Shown here: one piece after another, positions 1 through 12,200 of the stretch | How positions within the stretch are numbered: the stretch's first letter is position 1 | Layout: every line of letters starts with the position of its first letter | From: Laetmonice hystrix | Lineage: Eukaryota | Assembly (NCBI GenBank): GCA_965235115.1 | Contig: OZ249443.1 | Location: forward strand, 6,882,001 to 6,946,000 | Reading direction: 5' to 3' | Length of the DNA: 64,000 bases | Program-made: the position numbers and the translations under genes | The notes under the pieces: model-generated | What the model was told of the DNA's origin: nothing | The model's input: the letters and a program-made list of their open reading frames with translations, nothing else | Databases searched by the model: none

Positions 1-166
1 TGTCTGATCTTCTTGCTCCTTTTATAGTAAATCTGGAGATCTACCCCCGGGTAGCCTAGCCAACTTGCAACCCTTGAAATGCAGACTTTGACTTAGTCGA
101 ACATTAGCATTGTGTAGTTGATGACGCCACGAGCACGTGACGGCAACCATGTGGGAGTGGCTCCCC

Positions 167-232
167 CTAGGTGCGCACTTGGAACTTGCCAGCCTTTGTT
201 ACGTACTTCACTCCTTTGAAAGGCTTATATTT
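167..232 (-). CDS. AP3M1: AP3M terminal coding exon (KYKPFKGVKYVTKAGKFQVRT*)
   Basis: 66 nt, ttttcag| acceptor, TAG stop at 169-167; canonical mu3 C-terminus. It follows a 7.5-kb intron. Confidence 0.95.
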   Translation of the reverse strand, partial: KYKPFKGVKYVTKAGKFQVRT

Positions 233-3200
233 CTGAAAACCCAACAAGGAAGAATTTCATAAATATATTCAAATGTTTACGAGTTGCTTTAGGCTGCAGA
301 ACTCGTGACGTGATGACATATTGGTAAAAACGGTACTGAAGAGGAGAGAAAAATATTGGCCGCCTAAAGTCTAAGCATCCTAGTAAACGGAATTAATGAG
401 GAAATGCAAGATATAGGAAGGTAGGCATGCAAGCATACAGTATGAGGGCAAAAGAAAAAAACTGACCACTCTTTTACGCAGTCTATTCTGGTTTTCTAGT
501 ACTTAGCATCTAATATTGTATTAAAGTACTTAACATGAAGCTATATCTCCTATTGCATTATGAAGATATGGGTAAGACGTGTTGGAATTCCGTGTTTACG
601 GGGATCACAAAGAAGACACGACTAATAATAAGAAGATATCACTTTGCATAACGAGATATGTATGAGATCGAGAGGCATTCCATGAAAAAATAGGTCAAGG
701 TCCCCAGGCAGCATCTCAAAAGGTCAGGCCAACCGTGTCAATTAAGGTCAAGTCTGCGTTTCTGGCACTCATGCACTTTTTCTAACCCCGTTGTATCTAA
801 AAACAAGAACTGACGGTTATTCAAACACCAAGGATTTGATTAATCTATAGGTCCTTAGAGTTTATCTGTCTAATCTCTTGTTAGCGCGCCAGCCACATGT
901 AAAAGGTATTGTGTGCAGGGGAAGGGGCACAGAACTCAAATAATGATGTGCAGGGACAGAAGGCACTTTTTACAATAAAAATAATTGCACACAAATATAC
1001 AGTGACCACATGCAAGCTTCCCCTACGTTTCCAAGTTAAATTGTTTGCATTTTTTATTATAAATTTTTGGGATATACAAATATATATCATGAATTGTCCT
1101 TTGTCACAATAAATTTAAGGAAAAGACTTAAGTGCTCGGTTTAAAATCTAAACAAACCACGACTAGCATATCAACAGCATCTTAGATTCTACAGATTATG
1201 TTCCTTTTTTAAGGGGGGGGTCCTTTTCTTCATCTAAAAACTTGGCTTCATCTGATGATCTCATGCAGTCGGCCCTGCACTTGACCTGGACTGACCTAAA
1301 TATTAATAGCCAAAGAATGAGTTTGTCTTGGTTATGGGATAATCGTTTGCTGGGGGCAATCTTGGTCAGACTGGCGGTGCCATTGGTTTACGACCCGGTA
1401 CCGCCAGGCTGTAGAATCTGTTTACACCGAGTTAAAATAGAACTGGTTCCCCTTATATTTCAGCTACTCAATAAAACGTATCACTAATCCTAACTTAAAG
1501 GGTGCCAATAACCTATTATTGATATCAGGAAAAATTACCCCGGTAAGTAACGTAAAACAATTAAATAAACAATATCTCTGTCTTTGAAAATGAAAGAATT
1601 ATAACATGACTTGTCATATTCATGAAAATATCTCGCCGACCCTATGATGGCATTCAGGACCATTTAAATAAAGAATTAAGGAAAACATGTTTACTGTACT
1701 AAGAAAATAAATAAGTAACCAAGTAAACAAACAAAATATTAAACAAATGTTAAAAAATGATCCATTCATACTTACTACTTGCTTTGACAAAATGAACTCT
1801 CTAACTCTAAATTACAGAAAGGAATCCACAAAACTCCTGCCTCGCCAGTCATGGCACCTAGCAACCCCCCAGTAAAAGTCTACGAATCGCGACAACCTCA
1901 AATCTCTTTAACTAATAAAGGTTAGATTGTGGTAGTGCGTTAAGATGGGACGAGAAACCATTGATTAAGTCCTTTAATTGACTGAACGTTTTAACAGGAC
2001 TAATATTTTCCGAGATCTAGAAGGAATAAATCATGCCTAAACAAAATAAAAAAGATATTAGAAAAAAAAGAGATACTTTTTTTCCACTTCAAAGCTGCCT
2101 CATGCCTCAACACTAAAAAAATGATGTACCTCGGAATAAATAAGTAAATATTTCACAACCTCAATTTCACAATATGTCTGTTATATAGACTGGATAGCAA
2201 CAAAACCTACTGGTTACAGTCCTTTCTATTATATCAAGAGCTTAACTTAAATTGTGCAAGTCCCGTGCATGCTATAAGCCACCTCCACGACCGCAGGATA
2301 AGCCGACAATTATATATATCTACACAACAAGAAATAAAAGTATCCTTCTGGAAAGAATTTAGAAGAATCAAACAAAGGTTCCATGTACTCGTACCGACGG
2401 TCCCGTGTTGTATATTAAAGCCACATGCTACCATGTAGAACGTCCTACACCCACTGTCACTGCCATCATACGTTTCTAAACTATCAATTCAAAATAACCT
2501 TTTCATTCCGTGTGTGTACTTCTATACCCCCTGAAGCTCCGGACAAATTTGTAAACTTGGTGTTCTCCGTCAACAAATAAATGCATGCTGCTCACACTTG
2601 ATCTAATCTCAAACATATGTGGATAGGAACAGTAAAAAGCGATATTTGCATAGAAAAGAAAATTGTATGTAAAAATCAACTGTTTGAATAAATGCGAAGC
2701 GATGACAATTGTTAGAAAAGAATAAAATTATTCAAAGAAAAGGTCATGCATAAATTTGGTAATTTGAGGAGGTTCTTGGAAAGCGACCGAAAGGGTTCTG
2801 TACATAGGTCTGTGATAAACACAGGAATATGGGCCTGGATTCTGCCGCTAGGGGGCGGGGCAGTCTGGCAGGAGGATGGCAGGCTTGCACTAGTGAGATG
2901 CTGTCTAAAGGGAGATTGGAAGAGATTCCATCTAGGCATACTTCATTTTTGATAAGCGTCAAGGCCTTCGACACGCCTTTCTGATCACTGGAATCCCTGT
3001 CCTAAAAAAGGAACGTACAACATTGTGAGCGGGCCGAGCCAATTGTCATCAAGATGTGGCAAGACATAATCAAGGATACACAAAATACAAGACGGGGTTC
3101 TGACAGAGGCGCCACCTAGTGTTAACTTGGAGTACCAATGAACTGACAACAATTCCCGTTACACTTAGCTACAAGAAGAAAGGAATGTATATTGTTCGAT

Positions 3201-6200
3201 TCATACAATCAGTGTCATTAATAACGAAGACTTTCAACCTTCCTATCCTAAATTACACAATAATTTAAGCTTTAATCGTTCAACAACAAAAAACTGAACA
3301 ACCAAAACAAGTCCAACGACTGAAAACAAAGTGTCTTATAACTAAAGATCTAGACTGAATCTCTCTTCAAAATAAAGGATTCCTGAAACAGTCAAGTGTA
3401 TAACTGATGGCCCTTCGACTGGATCAATTTCTGAGGTTTGTTTAAAGGTAGTGCAGACTGACAAATCATGTGAAGCAATGAAACATCAGTGAGGGAAACA
3501 CTGAGTGCCTTACGATCTGTTCCCCTGTACATATCTCAATACTGGTAACCTGGAACCCATTCAATTCCTTGCCTACTCAACACTACGATCATCATGTATT
3601 AGGAAGAGTCCGCGTTCACTTGGGGAACATGGTGCCCTTCTCTTTTGAGATGCGGCAAAGGCTCCTTTCACTTCAGTACCACATTGGATAGCCCCATGGG
3701 AGAACTTCGCAGCAGGGTCTGCTTTCTCAAACCCTTTTGTTCAATTAGCTACGACGCCTTTCCTACTAAATATCCGCTGCCGTCAACCGTGTGCCTGATA
3801 GCTGACACTCAGGACAGTGTTTTTTTATATCTAATTTCTGGTCTCAGGTATAGATCAGACTATTCTCGGTGACAGCGGTTTGGTTGGCCATCTTTTGGTC
3901 AGCTCATGTCATTTAGGCGTTAGCTTTCCTTGGCAACAGATCAAAGTAGAACATTTTAGAGGTTGTCTGGTGGGTTCAGATCAAACATCGTGCAAAGTCT
4001 AGTTTGTTAGGGTTAAATAGTAAGCACATGTGGAATGCATTTCATGAAAGCAACATTATGGGCGACCTGAAGTTTTTAAATACCGGTATATAGTAAGTTA
4101 GTCGGAATTTCTCCTAAACCATAGCAACAAACCAGATTGAAAAAAAGAGAAAATCATTAGTTTGGCTACCTTTATGGGAGAATACTAACATTGTACCATC
4201 TGAACTCATCAAGGTAAAATCTCCTTATATCAGTGCAGCGTCCAAGTTTAAAACCAACAACGTTAAACCATCATAGGTAATGTTCAATACCCTGAGGGTC
4301 AACTGTACGCTGAGGGTCAACTGTATGCTGAGGGTCAACTGTATGCTGAGGGCCAACTGTATGCTGAGGGTCAACTTACACTGAGGGTCAACTGTATGCT
4401 GAGGGTCAACTGTACACTGAGGGTCAACTGTACACTGAGGGTCAACTGTATGCTGAGGGTCAACTGTATGCTGAGGGCCAATTGTATGCTGAGGGTCAAC
4501 TTACACTGAGGGTCAACTGTATGCTGAGGGTCAACTGTACACTGAGGGTCAACTGTACGCTGAGGGTCAACTGTACGCTGAGGGTCAACTGTATGCTGAG
4601 GGTCAACTGTATGCTGAGGGTCAATTGTATGCTGAGGGTCAACTTACACTGAGGGTCAACTGTATGCTGAGGGTCAACTGTACACTGAGGGTCACCTGTA
4701 CGCTGAGGGTCAACTGTACGCTGAGGGTCAACTGTATGCTGAGGGTCAACTGTATGCTGAGGGCCAACTGTATGCTGAGGGTCAACTTACACTGAGGGTC
4801 AACTGTATGCTGAGGGGTCAACTGTATGCTGAGGGTCAACTGTACACTGAGGGTCAACTGTACGCTGAGGGGTCAACTGTATGCTGAGGGTCAACTGTAT
4901 GCTGAGGGTCAACTTACACTGAGGGTCAACTGTATGCTGAGGGTCAACTGTATGCTGAGGGTCAACTTACACGGAGGGTCAACTTACACTGAGGGTCAAC
5001 TGTATGCTGAGGGTCAACTGTATGCTGAGGGCCAACTGTATGCTGAGGGTCAACTTACACTGAGGGTCAACTGTATGCTGAGGGGTCAACTGTATGCTGA
5101 GGGTCAACTGTACACTGAGGGTCAACTGTACGCTGAGGGGTCAACTGTATGCTGAGGGTCAACTGTATGCTGAGGGTCAACTTACACTGAGGGTCAACTG
5201 TATGCTGAGGGTCAACTGTACACTGAGGGTCAACTGTACACTGAGGGTCAACTGTATGCTGAGGGTCAACTGTATGCTGAGGGCCAATTGTATGCTGAGG
5301 GTCAACTTACACTGAGGGTCAACTGTATGCTGAGGGTCAACTGTACACTGAGGGTCAACTGTACGCTGAGGGTCAACTGTACGCTGAGGGTCAACTGTAT
5401 GCTGAGGGTCAACTGTATGCTGAGGGTCAATTGTATGCTGAGGGTCAACTTACACTGAGGGTCAACTGTATGCTGAGGGTCAACTGTACACTGAGGGTCA
5501 ACTGTACGCTGAGGGTCAACTGTACGCTGAGGGTCAACTGTATGCTGAGGGTCAACTGTATGCTGAGGGCCAACTGTATGCTGAGGGTCAACTTACACTG
5601 AGGGTCAACTGTATGCTGAGGGGTCAACTGTATGCTGAGGGTCAACTGTACACTGAGGGTCAACTGTACGCTGAGGGGTCAACTGTATGCTGAGGGTCAA
5701 CTGTATGCTGAGGGTCAACTTACACTGAGGGTCAACTGTATGCTGAGGGTCAACTGTATGCTGAGGGTCAACTTACACGGAGGGTCAACTTACACTGAGG
5801 GTCAACTGTATGCTGAGGGTCAACTGTATGCTGAGGGTCAACTGTACACGGAGGGACAACTGTACACGGAGGGGCACCCGTAGGCTATAGCTGCCTGAGT
5901 GATCCTGTATGCCGCTATCAATAAAACATTTGAAATTCCTCATGATCTCCGAGGAAGATCAAAGGAAAGTCCCATGATTATTTCAAAATTCACACGTTTT
6001 CAGCCAAACGCCGACCACTGACTGACTTCCACGGTTTTTACCCATGAAATCTTTTTTCTATTGTCCTTGATTTCTTACTTGGAACTAATTATTCTCACAA
6101 ATCAATCACTGCTTGCAGACACTATGACCTCCTTTCGAGTCTTCAAGTCCCGTTAAACACGGAACTCCAGTCCCGTTAAACACGGAACTCCAGTCCCGTT

Positions 6201-9200
6201 AAACACGGAACTCCAGTCCCGTTAAACACGGAACTCCAGTCCCGTTAAACACGGAACTCCAGTCCCGTTAAACACGGAACTCCAGTCCCGTTAAACACGG
6301 AACTCCAGTCCCGTTAAACACGGAACTCCAGTCCCGTTAAACACGGAACTCCAGTCCCGTTAAACACGGAACTCCAGTCCCGTTAAACACGGAACTCCAG
6401 TCCCGTTAAACACGGAACTCCAGTCCCGTTAAACACGGAACTCCAGTCCCGTTAAACACGGAACTCCAGTCCCGTTAAACACGGAACTCCAGTCCCGTTA
6501 AACACGGAACTCCAGTCCCGTTAAACACGGAACTCCAGTCCCGTTAAACACGGAACTCCAGTCCCGTTAAACACGGAACTCCAGTCCCGTTAAACACGGA
6601 ACTCCAGTCCCGTTAAACACGGAACTCCAGTCCCGTTAAACACGGAACTCCAGTCCCGTTAAACACGGAACTCCAGTCCCGTTAAACACGGAACTCCAGT
6701 CCCTTTAAACACGGAACTCCAGTCCCTTTAAACACGGAACTCCAGTCCCGTTAAACACGGAACTCCAGTCCCGTTAAACACGGAACTCCAGTCCCGTTAA
6801 ACACGGAACTCCAGTCCCGTTAAACACGGAACTCCAGTCCCGTTAAACACGGAACTCCAGTCCCGTTAAACACGGAACTCCAGTCCCGTTAAACACGGAA
6901 CTCCAGTCCCGTTAAACACGGAACTCCAACAGTTTTCTCAGATGACAGACTTGTATCCTAATGATACGATAAACAGTGAAGTTTTATCCTCTAAATTCTT
7001 TACACTCTATTTGAGATAATCTTTAAATACACAGCATGCCAAAATACATTAACTCTAATCTCGCAATCTGTACATTCTAGTTAGGTTACCATGACATAAC
7101 ACAAGCAAAGCACCAAAACTCTACAGATTATCGCAAGTATTCTACCAACAACAGCCGAGAACATGGTTGAGCTGTAAATTATACCAGTACCCCCAAGACG
7201 TTTGTGAAGGAAAGACATAGAGAGAAAACCCATGGAATAGACTCTTTGAAGAAAGGTTCTGTTTCTTTATTTATAATATTTTCAAATTATCATCAATTAG
7301 ACAATATCCTGGCTCACTGAACATTGCATTGTGCAATTCTGTCCTTCAATTTTAACTACCGGGTACATACCCATTATTTAATCAAATACCTTTTGGTACG
7401 TCCAGTCATAGTTGTTCATCAATCAACATACCTCCAAGATTAGCACTTTAACGGAATCTCTTATTTTTTCAGACGAGGATTCTGTCTTCACAATTTATGT
7501 GAATTTTGTCAGATGTTTCTATTACTGTTGCGTTGATCCATTCAATAAATCTACTAGGGCAACCACAATGTAACTTTTGTTTTCATTTAGTAACATCAAG
7601 AGACAAAATAAGTTAACACGGTGGGGCTTAACAAAAAAAACGATGCAACTATATTGGCCGACATAAAGGTAGTAAACTAGCCACGACACAAAGGATTAGC
7701 CCGTCAGTGAGGCGATGACCTACCTCTCCGTACATGTCCAAACGGTTAACCTTGATCCCAGACACAGCCAACTGATTGATGGTGAACGCCACCTGGTGTG
7801 TAAAAATAAACTGAGATCACCTTCTCAACAAATGTGCATCTACTTAAACTTTGTCACAAGTCTATAAGAGATGGGTAGTTCCAATTAAAAGCATTAAATC
7901 TAGTGGAGTATCTGCCTCACAACAAAGCACTGATTTGACAATCTGCGCCGAAGGCTCAAGACTCGACAGTGAATGAGGACAAGAGTTTGTCAAACTGCGG
8001 TCAGATGAACTGGACCTACTTACTGAAATGGTTGGATTGGAATCAGGAGGGGGTACTCCCGTCTGTAGGTTTATCTGTAACCAAAGTAAACAGTATCTCA
8101 CAACAAAGGTATATCACTAATATACATAATCTATGCACATCCTCTTTGTGATCAATACTTTACATAAAATAAAAACCAGAAAAAAAGGTCAATCGCAATA
8201 ATACTGGTATTAGTATCCAACTGATTTTTGGGGGATGACCTAATTTCTTATCTATATATTTCCACCTAGGTCTCACATAAATTACAAATCACTGCTTTTT
8301 CCAGTGGACACTCACCGAGCCACGGATGTTGGGTAACTTTGTTGTGTCGATCTTACCAACGTCCCATGTCATGACCTTGGCGACGGGATCAAAGGAATAC
8401 TTCCCTTGGGTCGGGGTCAAGGTCACATTGAGGACAGCCTTTGAGAAGGGGATCTCCACGACAACATTCTCCACCTGTCAATGTAAGTCAAACACCAACC
8501 ATTGTACAGTAAGAAACAATTGTACGGTAAGAAACGATTGTACAGTAAGAAACCATTGTACAGTAAGAAACCATTGTACAAGAAACCATTGTACGGTAAG
8601 AAACCATTGTACAGTAAGAAACCATTGTACATGGGACCAGGCAATGGGCCTCACAAAAACACGGGTCCTGAACGTTTGATACTCGGCTCTTCATCCAAAC
8701 TCGTCCATGATCTGATAGACATATCGACAGGCTTATCAAACTTTCAATATGTCAACTGTCACAAGACAAGGAAAATCTGTAAAACTTGGGTCAAAAACAT
8801 TATAAAATGGGTAACGGTAAAATTAGGTACCGGTATACATGCTTCTGGAGGGCTTCACCAGATATGTACCGGTAAGTTTACATACACCCTGGCAGCCCCA
8901 AATAATTTATTATCACATCGGTATTGACAACACAACCATCAAACAACTATATAATACTACTTGAGACAAGTACTGGAGTACCAACTACTATTACCTGATT
9001 GCTGGTAGTCAGTAAAGGAGAGGACTATTTAAATAAATAGTGCTTGCTGCCTGGTACACAGTACTAGTATATCCGGTACCAATCAACATTACCCACTCAC
9101 TGTTGAAAGTACAATAGGAATGGCTAGGAAGAACGTGTGTGCTATTCTAGGCTATAAGATTATACTCTTAATAGAATTTTCTTTGTCTAAGTGCGATTTA

Positions 9201-12200
9201 ACAGTGATTGTAGGAAAATTTTTACTCCAAAATATGGTAATCATGTCATCATGAACTGATAATGACATCAGGCCAGTACCAACTCCCCCCCCCCCCCCAA
9301 CCGTTCTGACATAGAGAAAGAGACCCCGATATATCAAACTCCAACCAGTAGTTAAAGTCTCAGACGGCTGCAATTTGACAACTGGATATCGGTGATGATA
9401 AACTTGGAGATCTCATATTAGAAACACGCAGTTAGTAGAATTCACATTACAGTAAATTTGTTCTAGTGTAGTGTGTCAGTGTTAATGTACCCGGTAATAC
9501 TTACATGAAATACACTACGTCTATGAAAGATTACAACACCTTAATGAAATCATAAAATCATTATACTTTACGGAGTCTTATAATCATTACTTTTTCCATG
9601 AAAGCAAACTGTTTTTATAATGCCCCAGTTTTTATAATACTGAATCCTAAATTATTGTTTGATTATTTTTGTAAAAGTCACTGAAACTGTGTTGTGTTCT
9701 GACACAAAACGAAGAAACCAAGTTGTGATGTTCTAAAACAGAGTAAAATATTTTTAAACTGGTGGTTAACACGCAGTGTTTATGGAATATTGGTGTATCA
9801 TAAACTACGAGTCAACCATGCAGCATTGTGTGTGTGTGAGGTGACTTACCAGTAGAAACCGTCTGCCACTCTACAAAGCCAGCCACAAGGTGGACACTGT
9901 TAACTTGTGTGTCATTATATTACAGCTACTCACTGCAGTCTACCACAGCAAAGATTTTACTAACAATATTGATTTCTCTTCTCTCTTTCTTTCAAAAGGT
10001 ACCGATATACTAACTGTTTTGTACAGTCGTAACAAATGAAAACATGCTTGCAATTTGTAACATTGGGGGAGGGAATGATGATGAAGAAAATGTCTGGCGT
10101 CCTGTGACTTCTGTTGGAAATAAAATGATGACTTCTAGATTCTAACTGACACACCTGTGTTCGACGTTTTCCTTGCCTTAGCTACCTTTGATTTATAAAC
10201 ACACGGTCTCCTTAACACACAGTAGTATGATAAACAAATCAATATTTCACCCAGAATGGTGACCTGCAGGCACAGTTTTTAGGCAACAGAATGTCACACA
10301 CAAAGAGTGTTCGGTTTTTTTAAATCCACGGCCCATGTAGCCACTGTACAATCACATGGAGGCTCAATCTGAGCTCATGTCCTGGTCCTGTAATTCCCAT
10401 CTGTGTTAACACACATTCCTACATTACTTACCTCATTTACATCAAGCAGAAAATTTTCTTAAACCTTTTTTTTCTTTTTTTTTTACAAAATCAGGCCAAA
10501 AACACATTTTAAGTCAGGAGTCTTCATGATATCGTAGATTGCTTGTTTTTTTAAAGACCACAGTTATCTGTTTAACTTGACTTACTGATTTTCCCATGGT
10601 TTGTTTTGGTCCCACAGTGATGTCGAGCTTGCCGCTTCCTCCATCCTTGAAGGATATACTGTGTCGCAGGTATACTGGGATTGCGACCATACTAAAACAC
10701 ACACCAGGGGGTGCCACTGTGAGATACCATATAATACGGGACTGCAGAAAAAAATGTCAATTTTATCTACCAGTTCTAAATTTACAGGACTTTCGTTCAG
10801 CATTCCACGGTTATCGAGACCTGGATATTTCTAATAAGTGTTTCACAATGAGAAGAAAAACCTACTTTTGAGATCCGATGTGGTAGGAGATGAGACGGAA
10901 GCTGCCATCAGGAGGTACAAAGGAGAGAATCCTCTCGCTCTGAAAGGTCATCAGAGGTCAGGTCAGCGATAAAGGTATCACACAGCTAACTGTTTCTCAG
11001 AACTTTTTCTTTCAAATAGATCAAACGGATTGTGCTACTGGTACGTTACCTCCCAGCGTTTGAAGCGAACACATGGATGAAAGCTGACGTCATCAAGGAG
11101 TCGGGGGTTGACAAATGACAACGTCAGGTCAGGCATCCCACTCAGTTTGATGAGACAGTCGACCTGCAGGACAGAGTTTGCATTAGAAATAAATGTATCC
11201 CCTGGTTATGTTAATGTTCTTTTCTCAATCTCAAGCAATAAATACTACCGGTACATATAAAACTAGTCATATTAACATTTGGTAGGTACAACTCACATAT
11301 CCTTGGATCTCTGCAAATACTGTTGATCCTGACTTGTCAATAATAGCATCGATTTCTTCAATGACATCAAAGTAGGCTTCATTGTTGGTATACTTCACGC
11401 CTGTTCGTCTCCATGGCACGTTGGATAGTTGACCTGTCGGTAATGTGGCACTAACTCTGAAGGAAGGGGGTGGAAAGAGTTTAACATCACATTCTAAACA
11501 TCTCAAAATGAAACACCCATGGTTTGTCTCAAGAAAAAAACTACAATACACAATCTTTAAAAATTTATGAATCCATTTTTCAACATATATTTTTTAAAGA
11601 GGAAAACTGCACTATTTAATGTAACAGAAGAACATGATGGAAATAGATATCAACTTTGAAAGTTTTAACTTCTACATACAAATACTGGTACAACTATTTA
11701 CATATCACATAAAATGAATTTAAGCATTTTCTGCTTACAATTATACCTAGCTCGTATGACATATACTCATTAGTACAATTAAACACAGTATGTACAAAAA
11801 TCTAGTGCCATTAATTATACTACAATGCTTCATGCAATTGTAGTTCAGAGATTAAATGTGAAATTCTCCATCCTTTACAGCAGATGTTGTGGGTGACCTG
11901 GCCGCTACTTCAGCACCCCACGGGTTGCATGAACTTACGATGTAGATTTTCCTGTCACTGTATCAGTGATGGTACGGAGGAGGTTGGGTGGCTTGATGAG
12001 TTCCTTCAGTATATTAGACTCAGTCGCCAGCGGGAAGCCATTGTCCAGCATCTCATCCAGCAGCTGAGTTAGCCAATCAGGACGGCAGGCAAACACACGC
12101 AATGAGAACACAAAGACAACAGGCAAAAAGTTCTCAGAACAAATTGATGTTAAAGTGGAGGTAAAACGTGAACAAGTTCCAAAATCGTCTTTATCCCTAA

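Noticed and set aside
4639-5883. MLRVNC / AEGQLY / LTLSIQ repeat ORFs
   Set aside because: By-products of the 18-bp minisatellite.
6146-6927. CRISPR-like array (23-bp palindromic repeat)
   Set aside because: The units are contiguous with no unique spacers, there are no cas genes, and the context is a eukaryotic intron.
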